A DNA stretch of 32,000 nucleotides from Mycobacterium tuberculosis H37Rv (lineage in GTDB: Bacteria > Actinomycetota > Actinomycetes > Mycobacteriales > Mycobacteriaceae): assembly GCF_000195955.2 (NCBI RefSeq), contig NC_000962.3, positions 360,001-392,000 of the forward strand, in the 5' to 3' direction. Every line of letters starts with the position of its first letter. The first letter of the stretch is position 1. Both the position numbers and the translations under genes were made by a program. Under the pieces are notes generated by a model. That model saw only the letters and a list, made by a program, of their open reading frames with translations, was not told the DNA's origin and made no database searches. Below are positions 9,101-17,839 of the stretch, piece by piece.

Positions 9101-12100
9101 ACGCGAAGGATTCGAAGCCGATGATGGGGATAGTGAAATTGTCCACCACGAGGTCGGTGAAACTGCCGGTGATCGGTATGTCGATTGGGATATTGACGTC
9201 CAAGTGCGCCGGAATCTCCGGAATAGTCAGCGCGTAGGAGTAACCGATCAGGCCCTGGTAGTCGCCCCGCCACAAGATGCCGTTGCTGTAGTTGCCGGAG
9301 ATGAAAGCGCCGGTGCTGACGTCGCCCGTATTCGCGATGCCGGTGTTGTAGTTCCCGGTGTTGAAGTGGCCGGTGTTGGTGTTACCCGCGTTGAAGCCGC
9401 CGGTGTTGAAGCTGCCGGTATTGAAATTGCCGGTGTTGAAGTTACCGGGGTTGAAGCCGCCGGTGTTGCCGTCGCCCGAGTTGAACAAGCCCGTGCTGGT
9501 GCTGCCCGAGTTGCCGATGCCGAAGTTTCCGGTGCCGGTGTTGCCGATGCCGAAGTTCCCGGTGCCCGAGTTAAAGAAGCCGATGTTTCCGTCGCCCGAG
9601 TTGAACAAGCCGATGTTTCCGCTGCCCGAGTTCAGAGCGCCGATCCCGATTTGGCCGGTACCGGTGAGCCCGATGCCGATATTGTTGCTGCCGGTGTTGG
9701 CAAAGCCGATATTGTTGCTGCCGGTGTTGGCAACGCCGATGTTGTAGCTGCCTAGGTTGGCAAAGCCCAGGTTGTCGTCGCCGAAGTTTCCGAAGCCGAT
9801 GTTGTAGTTGCCCAGATTCGCCACGCCGACGTCAAAGATCCCGGTGTTGCCGAAGCCGGCGTTATTGCTGCCCAGGTTTGCCAGCCCAAGGTTCAGAGTC
9901 ATCGTGCCCATACCGTCGCGCATGAGACCGGAGGCAAAGGCCGGCGTCACGAGGTCCAACGCGCTCGCGTTGTAGAAACCCGAGACGGTGTGACCCACGT
10001 TAGTCACACCCGACCCCAGCGCACCGACATTGAGATAACCCGAAATCCCTGAGGCGCCGGCGACCACGTTCAAAAAGCCCGACGCGCTGCCCGCTCCGGA
10101 GTTGAAGAAGCCCGACGACGGACTAGTGGTCGAGTTGCCGAAGCCCGATGTCGCGGGAATGTCGATGATCGGGATGGTGATGGAGCCGATACCGGCGCTG
10201 GCGGTGATACCGATCGAGGTGGTGGGTCCGCCCACGGTGATCGCCGCCGTGGGCAAGGTGATATTGATGGTCGGGATGATGATGGGGGTGAAGTCGATAT
10301 TATTTTCGGCAGCTACGATGCTGAAGCCCTGGAGGGTGACGACCCCGGCGTCGATGTTGATGGGTATATGTATCGGGATGTCGACGCCAAAGGTTAGGGC
10401 GATTTCGGGAATCGCTAGCGCCGCGTGCAAGCCAATGAGGCCCTGATAATTTCCACTCCACAAGAACCCGTTGCTGTAGCTGCCGGAGATGAAGGCGCCG
10501 GTGTCAACATCGCCGGTGTTTCCGAGTCCCGTGTTGTAGCTGCCTGGGTTGAAATCCCCGGTGTTGGAATCGCCCGGATTGAAGCTGCCGGTGTTGAAGC
10601 TGCCGGTGTTGCCGATACCGGTATTGACGTCGCCGGAGTTGAAGAAGCCGGTGTTGGTGCTGCCGGTGTTTCCAAGCCCGAAGTTTGCGGTGCCGGTGTT
10701 GCCGATGCCAACGTTTCCGTTGCCCGAGTTGAAAAAGCCGATGTTTCCGCTGCCCGAGTTGAACAAGCCGATGTTTCCGCTGCCAGAATTCAGGGAGCCG
10801 AACCCGATCTGGCCGTCGCCCGTGAGCCCAATGCCGATATTGTTGCTGCCGGTGTTCGCGAACCCGATATTGTTGCTGCCGGTGTTGGCGAAGCCCAGGT
10901 TGTCGTTGCCCAAGTTTCCGAAGCCGACGTTGTAGCTGCCGAGGTTTCCGAAGCCCAGGTTGTCATCGCCGAAGTTTCCGAAGCCGATGTTGTAACTGCC
11001 CAGATTTGCCAAACCGATGTCGAATATTCCGGTGTTTGCGCCGCCGATGTTGTTGCCACCGATATTGGCGCTGCCGAAGTTGGCGCTGCCGAGGTTTGCA
11101 AAGCCGATGTTGTAGTCGCCGAGGTTTGCAATGCCGACGTTGAGGGTGCCGTGGTTTGCCAAGCCCAGGTTGAGGACCATGGTGCCCGTGCTGTCGCGCA
11201 GCAGGCCGGCGATACTGGTGCTGATGTTGGCCAGGCCTGAATTGAAGGCCGGCGTCGCGAGGTCCGACGTGCTGGTGTTGTAGAACCCCGAGACGGTGGT
11301 GCCCACGTTCGCCAGACCTGATCCCAGGGCGCCGACGTTGAGGAGCCCCGACGCCCCCGAGGTCGCGGAGGCCAGGTTCCAAAAGCCCGAATTGGCGCCG
11401 CCGAAGTTGCCGAAGCCCGAGGCGCCGCCGGCGCCGGTATTGAAGAAACCTGACGACGGGTTGGTGGTCGAGTTTCCGAAACCTGGCGCCGCCGGGATAC
11501 TGATGAGCGGGATCCTAATGGCGCCACCGCCAGTTATGGTGATCGCGGTATTCGGCCCTCCTATGGCGACTGTCGTCGTGGGGCCGACAACCGTGATGTT
11601 CGGAATGGTAATGGGGCCAAAGTGGGCTCGCTGGCCCGCTATTGACGAAAGGACGATATCGCCGGTGGGCGGAATCGTGACGCCCATAAGGGTGATGTTG
11701 CCGGCCGAGGCGGTGATCGGGATATCGATGGGAATATTCACGCCGAGGCTTATGGGGAGAGGCATATCGATCACCAGGTTGAGGCCGACCAGGCCCTGGT
11801 AATCGCCGCTTAAGAACAACCCGTTGCTGTAGTTTCCGGTGATGAAAGCCCCGGTGTCAACGTCGCCGGTGTTGGCGATGCCGGTGTTGTAGTTGCCAAT
11901 GTTGAGGTAGCCGGTGTTGGTATTGCCCGGATTGAAGCCACCGGTGTTGAAGCTGCCGGTGTTGAAGCTACCGGTGTTGAAGCTGCCCGGGTTGAAGGCG
12001 CCCGTGTTGACGTCGCCGGAGTTGAATAGGCCGGTATTGGTGTTGCCGGTGTTTCCGATGCCAGTGTTGAAGCTGCCCGAGTTTGCGATGCCGAAGTTGC

Positions 12101-12764
12101 CGCTGCCGGAATTGAAGAATCCGATGTTGTTGCTGCCCGAGTTGAACAGGCCGATGTTTCCGCTGCCCGAGTTGAAGCTGCCGAACCCGATCTGTCCGTT
12201 GCCCGTGAGCCCGATGCCGACATTGTTGCTGCCCGTGTTCCCAAAGCCGACATTGTTGCTGCCGGTGTTCGCAAAGCCGATGTTGCCGCCGCCCGCGTTA
12301 GCGAAACCCAGATTGTCGTTGCCGACGTTGCCGAAGCCGATGTTGTAGCTGCCGAAGTTGCCGAAGCCCAGGTTGTCGTCGCCAAGGTTTCCGAAGCCGA
12401 TGTTGTAGCTGCCCAGGTTCGCCAGGCCGACATCGAAGATTCCGGTGTTCCCGATGCCGACGTTGTTGTGGCCGATGGTGGCGCCGCCGAAGTTAAAGCC
12501 GCCGAGACTTGCGAAGCCCACGTTGAGGTTGCCGTGGTTGGCCAAGCCCAAGTTAATAGCCGCAGTACCCGCGCCGTCGCGCAGCAGGCCGGCAATATTG
12601 GTTCCGATATTTGCCAACCCGGAGTTAACGGCGGGCGTCGAGAGGTCCGACGTGCCCACGTTGTAGATACCCGAGATGGTGTTGCCCACATTCGCCACAC
12701 CCGATCCCAGCGCGCCGACGTTGAGGAAGCCCGACATTCCCGACGTTGTGGAGACCAGGTTCAT
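6150..12764 (-). CDS. PPE5: PPE-MPTR family protein, C-terminal portion of a frameshift-split gene (PPE5, Rv0304c-like)
   Basis: The minus-strand frame is open from 13334 to the stop at 6150. It consists entirely of NxGxGNxG pentapeptide arrays and repeated ~400-aa modules, with no PPE N-terminal domain. The conventional start is ATG 12762-12764 (MNLVSTTSGMSG...), but the same frame is a perfect continuation of the upstream gene from ~13283. Confidence 0.85.
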   Translation of the reverse strand: MNLVSTTSGMSGFLNVGALGSGVANVGNTISGIYNVGTSDLSTPAVNSGLANIGTNIAGLLRDGAGTAAINLGLANHGNLNVGFASLGGFNFGGATIGHNNVGIGNTGIFDVGLANLGSYNIGFGNLGDDNLGFGNFGSYNIGFGNVGNDNLGFANAGGGNIGFANTGSNNVGFGNTGSNNVGIGLTGNGQIGFGSFNSGSGNIGLFNSGSNNIGFFNSGSGNFGIANSGSFNTGIGNTGNTNTGLFNSGDVNTGAFNPGSFNTGSFNTGSFNTGGFNPGNTNTGYLNIGNYNTGIANTGDVDTGAFITGNYSNGLFLSGDYQGLVGLNLVIDMPLPISLGVNIPIDIPITASAGNITLMGVTIPPTGDIVLSSIAGQRAHFGPITIPNITVVGPTTTVAIGGPNTAITITGGGAIRIPLISIPAAPGFGNSTTNPSSGFFNTGAGGASGFGNFGGANSGFWNLASATSGASGLLNVGALGSGLANVGTTVSGFYNTSTSDLATPAFNSGLANISTSIAGLLRDSTGTMVLNLGLANHGTLNVGIANLGDYNIGFANLGSANFGSANIGGNNIGGANTGIFDIGLANLGSYNIGFGNFGDDNLGFGNLGSYNVGFGNLGNDNLGFANTGSNNIGFANTGSNNIGIGLTGDGQIGFGSLNSGSGNIGLFNSGSGNIGFFNSGNGNVGIGNTGTANFGLGNTGSTNTGFFNSGDVNTGIGNTGSFNTGSFNPGDSNTGDFNPGSYNTGLGNTGDVDTGAFISGSYSNGFLWSGNYQGLIGLHAALAIPEIALTFGVDIPIHIPINIDAGVVTLQGFSIVAAENNIDFTPIIIPTINITLPTAAITVGGPTTSIGITASAGIGSITIPIIDIPATSGFGNSTTSPSSGFFNSGAGSASGFLNVVAGASGISGYLNVGALGSGVTNVGHTVSGFYNASALDLVTPAFASGLMRDGMGTMTLNLGLANLGSNNAGFGNTGIFDVGVANLGNYNIGFGNFGDDNLGFANLGSYNIGVANTGSNNIGFANTGSNNIGIGLTGTGQIGIGALNSGSGNIGLFNSGDGNIGFFNSGTGNFGIGNTGTGNFGIGNSGSTSTGLFNSGDGNTGGFNPGNFNTGNFNTGSFNTGGFNAGNTNTGHFNTGNYNTGIANTGDVSTGAFISGNYSNGILWRGDYQGLIGYSYALTIPEIPAHLDVNIPIDIPITGSFTDLVVDNFTIPIIGFESFAFSFHIHTEPDIGPIIVPSFVLSVPTFAIAVGGPTTAINISATAGLGPITIPIIDIPAAPGIGNSTTSPSSGFFNTGAGTASGFGNVGGNTSGLWNLASAASGVSGLLNVGALGSGVANVGNTISGIYNTSPLDLGTPAFGSGLANIAGLLQGGAGTTILDLAGLGNLNVGLANLGGSNFGIGNTGIFNVGFANVGNHNIGLANLGNYSVGFANSGNYHIGIANTGSANIGFANTGSGNIGIGLTGTGQIGFGSFNSGSHNIGLFNSGDGNVGFFNSGTGNVGIGNTGTANFGIANSGSFNTGLGNTGSTNTGLFNPGNVNTGVGNTGSINTGSINTGSFNTGSTNTGSFNLGDHNTGSFNSGDYNTGYFNAGDYNTGVANTGNVNTGAFISGNYSNGFFWRGDYQGLIGLSTTITIPEIPYRYDLSVPIDIPITGTVVATTPNSFTIPGFQIRVLLGPAAVLVNEMIGPITIDVNQVIAIDSPIQQTISMVGTGGFGPIPIGISIGGTPGFGNSTTGPSSGFFHTGAGHVSGFGNFGAGNMSGSGNFGAGNSGFFNAGGLGNSGLLNFGALQSGLANLGNTISGVYNTSTLDLATPAFGSGIANIGANLAGLFLDNTGNLTLNFGVANQGGLNAGIGNLGSVNIGFVNTGDSNLGIGNLGDLNFGGVNIGGNNIGIANTGIFDIGLANLGSYNIGLANLGDDNLGFGNAGSYNIGFANFGSDNLGFANTGSYNIGFANTGNNNIGVGLTGNGQIGIGSLNSGSNNIGLFNSGSGNIGFFNSGTGNVGIFNTGTGNFGLANSGGFNTGIGNAGSTNTGVFNPGDLNTGSFNPGSFNTGGFNPGSGNTGYLNTGDYNTGVANTGDVDTGAFITGSYSNGFLVSGDYQGLIGLPLLGIPVTPGYFNLTGGPSSGFFNSGAGSVSGFVNSGAGLSGYLNTGALGSGVANVGNTISGWLNASALDLATPGFLSGIGNFGTNLAGFFRG

Positions 12765-15110
12765 AAAGCCCGACGCGGCGCCCCCGAAGTTGCCGAAGCC
12801 CGAGGCGCTGCCAGCGCCGCTATTGAAGAAGCCCGACGACAGTCCGCCGGTCGAGTTGCCGAAGCCTGGAGTCGCTGGAATATGGATAATCGGGATGTTG
12901 ATGGCGTCGACGACCACAGTGGCGCCGATATTGATCGCGGTAGTGGGTCCACCCACCATGACCACAGGTGTGGGACCGGTTATCCGTATCACTGGGACGG
13001 TGAAGGGGTCGATATCGACGGGTCCGAAAAAAATAACAGTGACGGCTGTGTTCGGTGGAAGATCGAGCCCGCTGTATACGATGTCCGTGAAGCTGGCGGT
13101 GATCGGTATGTGAATCGGGATATTCACGTCGACGCTCACAATCGGGATTTCGGGAATGTCGACGCCGATGGCGAGGTCGATCAGACCCTGGTTGTCGCCC
13201 CGCCACAGAAGGCCGTTGCTGTGGTTGCCGGAGATGAAAGCGCCGGTGTTGATATTGCCGGTGTTCGCCATGCCGGTGTTGTAAGTCGCCGGTGTTGAAG
13301 TAGCCGGTGTTGTAGTTACCTGCATTGAAGCCACCGGTGTTGACGCTGCCGGTGTTGACGCTGCCGGTGTTATAGCTGCCCGGGTTCAAGCTACCCGTGT
13401 TGAGGTCTCCGGAGTTGAACAAGCCCGTGTTGGTGCTGCCCGCGTTCCCGATGCCGAAGTTTCCGGCGCCCGAGTTTCCGATGCCCCAGTTTCCGGTGCC
13501 CGCGTTTCCTATCCCGAAGTTTCCGCTGCCCGAGTTGAACAATCCGATGTTTCCGTCACCCGAGTTGAACAAGCCGATATTGTGGCTGCCCGAGTTCAGG
13601 CTGCCGAACCCGATCTGGCCGCTGCCGGTGAGCCCGATCCCGATATTGTTGCTGCCGATATTCGCAAAACCGATATTGTTGTCACCCGTGTTCGCGAAGC
13701 CAAGATTATTGCTGCCGGTGTTCGCAAAGCCGATGTTGTAGCTGCCCGCGTGGGCGAAGCCCAGGTTGTCGCCGCCTAGATTGCCGAAGCCAATATTGTA
13801 GTCGCCCAGGTTTGCCAAGCCCACATTGAAGATTCCGGCGTTTGCACCGCCGACATTGTTGCCGCCGACGTTTGCCAACCCGAAGTTAAGGGTCATGGTG
13901 CCCACGCTGTGGTGCAGCAGGCCGGAGTTAAAGGCTGGCGTCGCCAGATTCGACGTGCTCGTGTTGTAGAGACCCGAGATGGTGTTGCCAACGTTAGCTA
14001 CACCCGATCCCAGCGCGCCGACGTTCCCGAAGCCCGAAAGTCCCGAGGTTGCCGAGGCCAGGTTCCAAAAGCCCGAAGCGCCGCCGCCGAAGTTGCCGAA
14101 GCCCGAGGCGGTGCCGGCGCCAGCGTTGAAGAAGCCCGACGACGGGCTGGTGGTCGAGTTCCCGAAGCCCGGGGCCGCCGGAATCTTGATGAGCGGGATG
14201 CTGACGCCCCCCACCATGCCGGTGAGGTTGCCGTCGATCGTGGTGGTTGGTCCGCCCACGGTGATCGTCACCGTGGGAAGGGTGAGCGTGGATTGCGGGA
14301 GCTCGACCGGGCCGTAGTAAACAACGAAGGGAACAATGGATGTGAAGGGCAAACGCATGCCCGGAATCGTCATCACGCTTCCGGGCATGACCATCACCTG
14401 ATGTATCGGCATGCTGAATAGCTGCGCGTTTATCGGAATGGCGGGAATCTCGAGGGCGATATCGGCACCGATCAGGCCTTGGTAGTCGCCCCGCCACAAG
14501 ACGCCGTTGCTGTAGTTGCCGGCGATGAAGGCGCCGGTGTTGACGTTGCCGGTGTTGGCCACTCCAGTGTTGTAGTCGCCGGTGTTGAAGTAGCCGGTGT
14601 TGTAGTTACCTGCGTTGAAGCTGCCGGTGTTGTAGTTGCCGGTGTTGAAGTTCCCGGTGTTGTAGCTGCCCGGGTTGAAGCCGCCGGTGTTGACGTCGCC
14701 GGTGTTGAACCAGCCGGTGTTGGTGCTGCCCGTGTTGCCGAGGCCGAAGTTTCCGGTGCCGCTGTTTCCGATGCCGAAATTGCCGGTGCCCGAGTTGAAC
14801 AACCCGACGTTTCCGCTGCCGGAGTTGAACAGGCCGATGTTGTGGCTGCCCGAGTTGAAGCTGCCGAACCCGATCTGTCCGTTGCCGGTGAGCCCGATGC
14901 CGACATTGTTGCTGCCCGTATTCCCAAAGCCGACATTGTTGCTGCCGGTGTTCGCAAAGCCGATGTTGTGGCCGCCCAGGTTGGCCAAACCCAGGTTGTC
15001 GCTGCCCAGGTTTGCAAAGCCGAGGTTGTAGCTGCCCAAATTGCCGAAGCCGACGTTGAACACGCCGACGTTTCCGTTGCCCACGTTGTTGGCGCCGACG
15101 TTTGCCAAGC
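6150..15110 (-). repeat. MPTR (major polymorphic tandem repeat) region: 15-bp unit (10-bp GCCGGTGTTG-like core plus 5-bp spacer), organised into 7 higher-order ~1.2-1.45 kb modules
   Basis: For example, 11931-12190 on the + strand is a run of gccggtgttg-NNNNN units. The module landmark ccgttgctg (antisense of YSNG) recurs at 6472, 7912, 9280, 10468, 11821, 13213 and 14504. Confidence 0.9.
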
Positions 15111-15711
15111 CGAGATTGAAGCCCGCCGCGCTCGGGGGGCCGGCAGCGGCTGCCGCGGCGCTGGTCAGCCGCTCCGATAGGCCCGCCAGCTTCTTCAGCT
15201 GCTGGGTGAACGGCATCAACGCGGAGACGGCCGCCGACGCTCCAGCGTGATAGCCAACCATCGCGGCCACATCCTGGGCCCACATCCGCTCATAGGCGGC
15301 CTCGGTGGCCGCGATCGCCGGAGCGTTGAATCCCAGCAGATTCGAGCTCACCAGCGACACCAGCACGGCGCGGTTGGCCGCGACGATCGCCGGATGCACC
15401 GTCGCTGCCCGCGCCGCCTCGAACGTGGCCACGGCTACCCGTGCCTGAGCGGCGGCCTGCTCAGCCTGGGCCGTTGCCGAAATCAACCAGCCCAGGTAGG
15501 GGGCTACCGCGCGCGCCATCGCAACCGCCGCGGGGCCGCGCCACGCCGCATCCGCCAGGCCCGAGGTCACCGACCCAAACCACGACGCCGCCACCGCCAG
15601 TTCGTCGGCTAGTCCGTCCCAGGCCGCCGCGGCCGCCAACATCGGCCCCGATCCGGCCCCGAGATACATCCGTAACGAATTGACCTCGGGCGCCGACACC
15701 ACGAAATCCAT
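12820..15711 (-). CDS. PPE6: PPE-MPTR family protein, N-terminal portion of a frameshift-split gene (PPE6, Rv0305c-like)
   Basis: 963 aa. The N-terminal PPE domain is [38 protein letters not shown]...[16 protein letters not shown], followed by MPTR NxGxGNxG repeats. The last 154 codons (13284 to 12823) are an Arg/His-rich out-of-frame tail. Confidence 0.88.
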   Translation of the reverse strand: MDFVVSAPEVNSLRMYLGAGSGPMLAAAAAWDGLADELAVAASWFGSVTSGLADAAWRGPAAVAMARAVAPYLGWLISATAQAEQAAAQARVAVATFEAARAATVHPAIVAANRAVLVSLVSSNLLGFNAPAIAATEAAYERMWAQDVAAMVGYHAGASAAVSALMPFTQQLKKLAGLSERLTSAAAAAAGPPSAAGFNLGLANVGANNVGNGNVGVFNVGFGNLGSYNLGFANLGSDNLGLANLGGHNIGFANTGSNNVGFGNTGSNNVGIGLTGNGQIGFGSFNSGSHNIGLFNSGSGNVGLFNSGTGNFGIGNSGTGNFGLGNTGSTNTGWFNTGDVNTGGFNPGSYNTGNFNTGNYNTGSFNAGNYNTGYFNTGDYNTGVANTGNVNTGAFIAGNYSNGVLWRGDYQGLIGADIALEIPAIPINAQLFSMPIHQVMVMPGSVMTIPGMRLPFTSIVPFVVYYGPVELPQSTLTLPTVTITVGGPTTTIDGNLTGMVGGVSIPLIKIPAAPGFGNSTTSPSSGFFNAGAGTASGFGNFGGGASGFWNLASATSGLSGFGNVGALGSGVANVGNTISGLYNTSTSNLATPAFNSGLLHHSVGTMTLNFGLANVGGNNVGGANAGIFNVGLANLGDYNIGFGNLGGDNLGFAHAGSYNIGFANTGSNNLGFANTGDNNIGFANIGSNNIGIGLTGSGQIGFGSLNSGSHNIGLFNSGDGNIGLFNSGSGNFGIGNAGTGNWGIGNSGAGNFGIGNAGSTNTGLFNSGDLNTGSLNPGSYNTGSVNTGSVNTGGFNAGNYNTGYFNTGDLQHRHGEHRQYQHRRFHLRQPQQRPSVAGRQPGSDRPRHRRRHSRNPDCERRREYPDSHTDHRQLHGHRIQRARSSTEHSRHCYFFRTRRYRPLHRPSDTDNRSHTCGHGGWTHYRDQYRRHCGRRRHQHPDYPYSSDSRLRQLDRRTVVGLLQ

Positions 15712-15913
15712 CCGTCATACCCGTTCGTCAGCTGGCCGTCGGAGGTACGTTCAGGCTAATCAATCGTCTACTACTCGACTAGCCCGTGAACGGGTGAAAA
15801 ATGCTAGGACATTCACGTATTGGCCCGAGTGGGGCTGGTCGAGTATCAGGGGAAGCTTTATGGGGCAAAGTCAAGTTTGTGGTTCGTCGTATCGGGGCGA
15901 TCCAACCGAGCAC

Positions 15914-16585
15914 ATGTTTAGTGCACCAGAACGACGGGCCGTGTATCGGGTGATCGCCGAACGCCGAGACATGCGCCGGTTCGTGCCCGGCGGTGTGGTG
16001 TCCGAGGATGTGCTGGCGCGGCTGTTGCACGCCGCACACGCCGCGCCCAGCGTCGGTCTGATGCAGCCATGGCGCTTTATCCGCATCACCGACGAGACAC
16101 TCAAGCGACGCATCCACGCGCTCGTCGACGACGAACGCCTACTCACCGCCGAAGCCCTGGGAGCACGGGAAGAAGAATTCCTGGCGCTGAAGGTCGAGGG
16201 CATTCTCGACTGCGCCGAGCTGCTGGTGGTGGCGCTGTGCGACCGCAGAGGGTCCTACATCTTCGGCCGGCGCACCCTGCCCCAGATGGATCTGGCGTCG
16301 GTGTCGTGCGCCATCCAAAACCTGTGGCTGGCAGCGCGGTCCGAAGGCCTGGGCATGGGATGGGTGTCGCTGTTCGACCCACAACGTTTAGCGGCCCTGC
16401 TGGCGATGCCCGCCGACGCCGAACCGGTGGCCATCTTGTGCCTGGGGCCGGTGCCCGAGTTTCCGGACCGGCCCGCGCTGGAACTGGATGGCTGGGCCTA
16501 CGCGCGGCCACTCGCGGAATTCGTCTCCGAAAACCGATGGAGTTATCCGTCGGCGCTGGCCACAGATCACCATCACGGCGAATAG
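15914..16585 (+). CDS. BluB-like nitroreductase-family protein (putative 5,6-dimethylbenzimidazole synthase; Rv0306-like)
   Basis: FSAPERRAVYRVIAERRDMRRFVPGGVVSEDVLARLLHAAHAAPSVGLMQPWRFIRITDE closely follows the BluB N-terminal signature (FS..ERxAVYRxIxxRRDxR.F...LL.AAH.APSVG.MQPW.F). ATG 15914 has no SD. An in-frame ATG at 15860 is preceded by AGGGGAAG (15848-15855) and is an alternative start. Confidence 0.85.
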   Translation: MFSAPERRAVYRVIAERRDMRRFVPGGVVSEDVLARLLHAAHAAPSVGLMQPWRFIRITDETLKRRIHALVDDERLLTAEALGAREEEFLALKVEGILDCAELLVVALCDRRGSYIFGRRTLPQMDLASVSCAIQNLWLAARSEGLGMGWVSLFDPQRLAALLAMPADAEPVAILCLGPVPEFPDRPALELDGWAYARPLAEFVSENRWSYPSALATDHHHGE

Positions 16586-17055
16586 GTCACGCCGACCGCG
16601 AGGTTGACGTATTCGGCCGGCACGTCAAAGGCCAGCGATCGCCGCGGCAAGCGGCTCAACACATCTTCACCGATAGTGGCCTTGAAGTGCAGCGCGAGCT
16701 GGCCGCTGAACTTCGGGTCGACATCGGCGACATCGAGATCGAGTTGCAGACCCGTCGGCGAGATTTCGGCGGTTGCGGCACCGGCCTGCGGCCCGTCCCA
16801 GCGCGCGTCGACGACCCGGCCGGCTAGCTTCGGCACCATCGACAGGGTTCCCAGCACCCGCTGTTCGGTGAACGCCAGCGCACCCACGTAGCTGGCGATG
16901 CTGTGCGATGCCCGCAGCCCCGGGATAACGCCGGTGAACCGCCTGGTGACGGCCACGTATTCGGCAAGGTAGATGAGTCCCTCAGCCTCAACCTGACAGC
17001 GTAGGTCAGCAGGCAGCCTGCCGAGACCAAACCACTTGCGAACAATGACAGCCAT
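16573..17055 (-). CDS. Conserved hypothetical protein, 160 aa (Rv0307c-like)
   Basis: ORF from ATG 17055 (MAVIVRKWFGLGRLPADL...). The track's longer 225-aa version runs into the divergent promoter region. I recognise no family. Its 3' end overlaps the BluB-like gene by 13 bp. Confidence 0.6.
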   Translation of the reverse strand: MAVIVRKWFGLGRLPADLRCQVEAEGLIYLAEYVAVTRRFTGVIPGLRASHSIASYVGALAFTEQRVLGTLSMVPKLAGRVVDARWDGPQAGAATAEISPTGLQLDLDVADVDPKFSGQLALHFKATIGEDVLSRLPRRSLAFDVPAEYVNLAVGVTYSP

Positions 17056-17112
17056 GAGGCCAGTATGGAGTCGTTTTGTCGGTGCCGCACCGATGCTGGT
17101 AGGAGTTAGAGC

Positions 17113-17829
17113 ATGACTCGCCCGCAAGCGCTTCTCGCTGTTTCGCTCGCTTTTGTCGCAACCGCGGTGTATGCCGTCATGTGGGTGGGGCACTCCCAGG
17201 ATTGGGGTTGGCTGCATAGTTTCGATTGGTCGTTGTTGAACGCAGCGCACGACATCGGGATAAAGAACCCTGCGTGGGTGCGCTTCTGGGATGGTGTATC
17301 CCTGATCTTGGGCCCAGTCGTGCTGCGGCCGCTGGGTTTGCTGGCCGCGATGGTCGCACTGGCGAAGCGCAAGATACGGATAGCGTTGTTGCTGTTGGCC
17401 TGTTTACCGCTCAACGCGATCATGACGATCGCGGCCAAATCCGTGGCCCACCGCCCGCGACCGGCGACTGCGCTGGTATCTGCCCATTCGACTTCGTTTC
17501 CGTCAGGGCATGCGTTGGAGGCGACCGCAAGCGTACTCGCGCTGCTAACCGTCCTGTTGCCCATGCTGCACAGCAGGTTTACTCGGCACATCGCCATCAC
17601 GGTGGGCGCGCTGTGCGTGTTGACGGTCGGTGTTGCCAGGGTGGCGTTGAACGTGCATCATCCGACCGACGTTGTTGCCGGCTGGGCGCTGGGGTACCTG
17701 TATTTCCTCGTGTGCCTGTGCGTATTTCGACCGCCGTCGATATTCGGTGCCCAACGCGCGTCTCATGCTTTGTCGCCGCCAGTGGAGGTGTCGAGACAAC
17801 CCGAACCGGAAGTCGACACGGCCCGCTAA
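17113..17829 (+). CDS. PAP2-family membrane phosphatase (Rv0308-like)
   Basis: 238 aa with multiple TM segments. The three PAP2 motifs are present: KSVAHRPRP (Kx6RP), FPSGH, and ARVALNVHHPTD (SRx5Hx3D-like). The SD GGTAGGAG lies upstream. Confidence 0.88.
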   Translation: MTRPQALLAVSLAFVATAVYAVMWVGHSQDWGWLHSFDWSLLNAAHDIGIKNPAWVRFWDGVSLILGPVVLRPLGLLAAMVALAKRKIRIALLLLACLPLNAIMTIAAKSVAHRPRPATALVSAHSTSFPSGHALEATASVLALLTVLLPMLHSRFTRHIAITVGALCVLTVGVARVALNVHHPTDVVAGWALGYLYFLVCLCVFRPPSIFGAQRASHALSPPVEVSRQPEPEVDTAR

Positions 17830-17839
17830 AGCCATGGTG

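Noticed and set aside
6150-15110. Regular short-period repeats that could be mistaken for a CRISPR array
   Set aside because: The period is 15 bp with 5-bp 'spacers', it lies inside a continuous ORF, and there is no 25-40 bp repeat/spacer structure or any cas gene. This is the MPTR coding repeat.
6461-15283. Dozens of 60-430 aa ORFs overlapping the PPE5/6 gene: PVLKLP-type ORFs on the + strand, ATTS/Ser-Thr-Ala-rich and Arg/Gln-rich ORFs in other minus frames, and Val/Ala/Glu-rich + strand ORFs such as 7515-8801
   Set aside because: They are frame-shifted or antisense readings of the 15-bp MPTR unit. They repeat with the same period, have no start-site signals, and overlap the one frame that encodes the known NxGxGNxG family.
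15712-15913. Searched the PPE6/BluB-like divergent intergenic region for a cobalamin riboswitch or other structured leader
   Set aside because: Only trivial short hairpins are present (e.g. cccgt-ga-acggg and gtgaa...ttcac). I could not recognise a B12-box-like conserved element by eye. A covariance-model scan would be needed to be certain.
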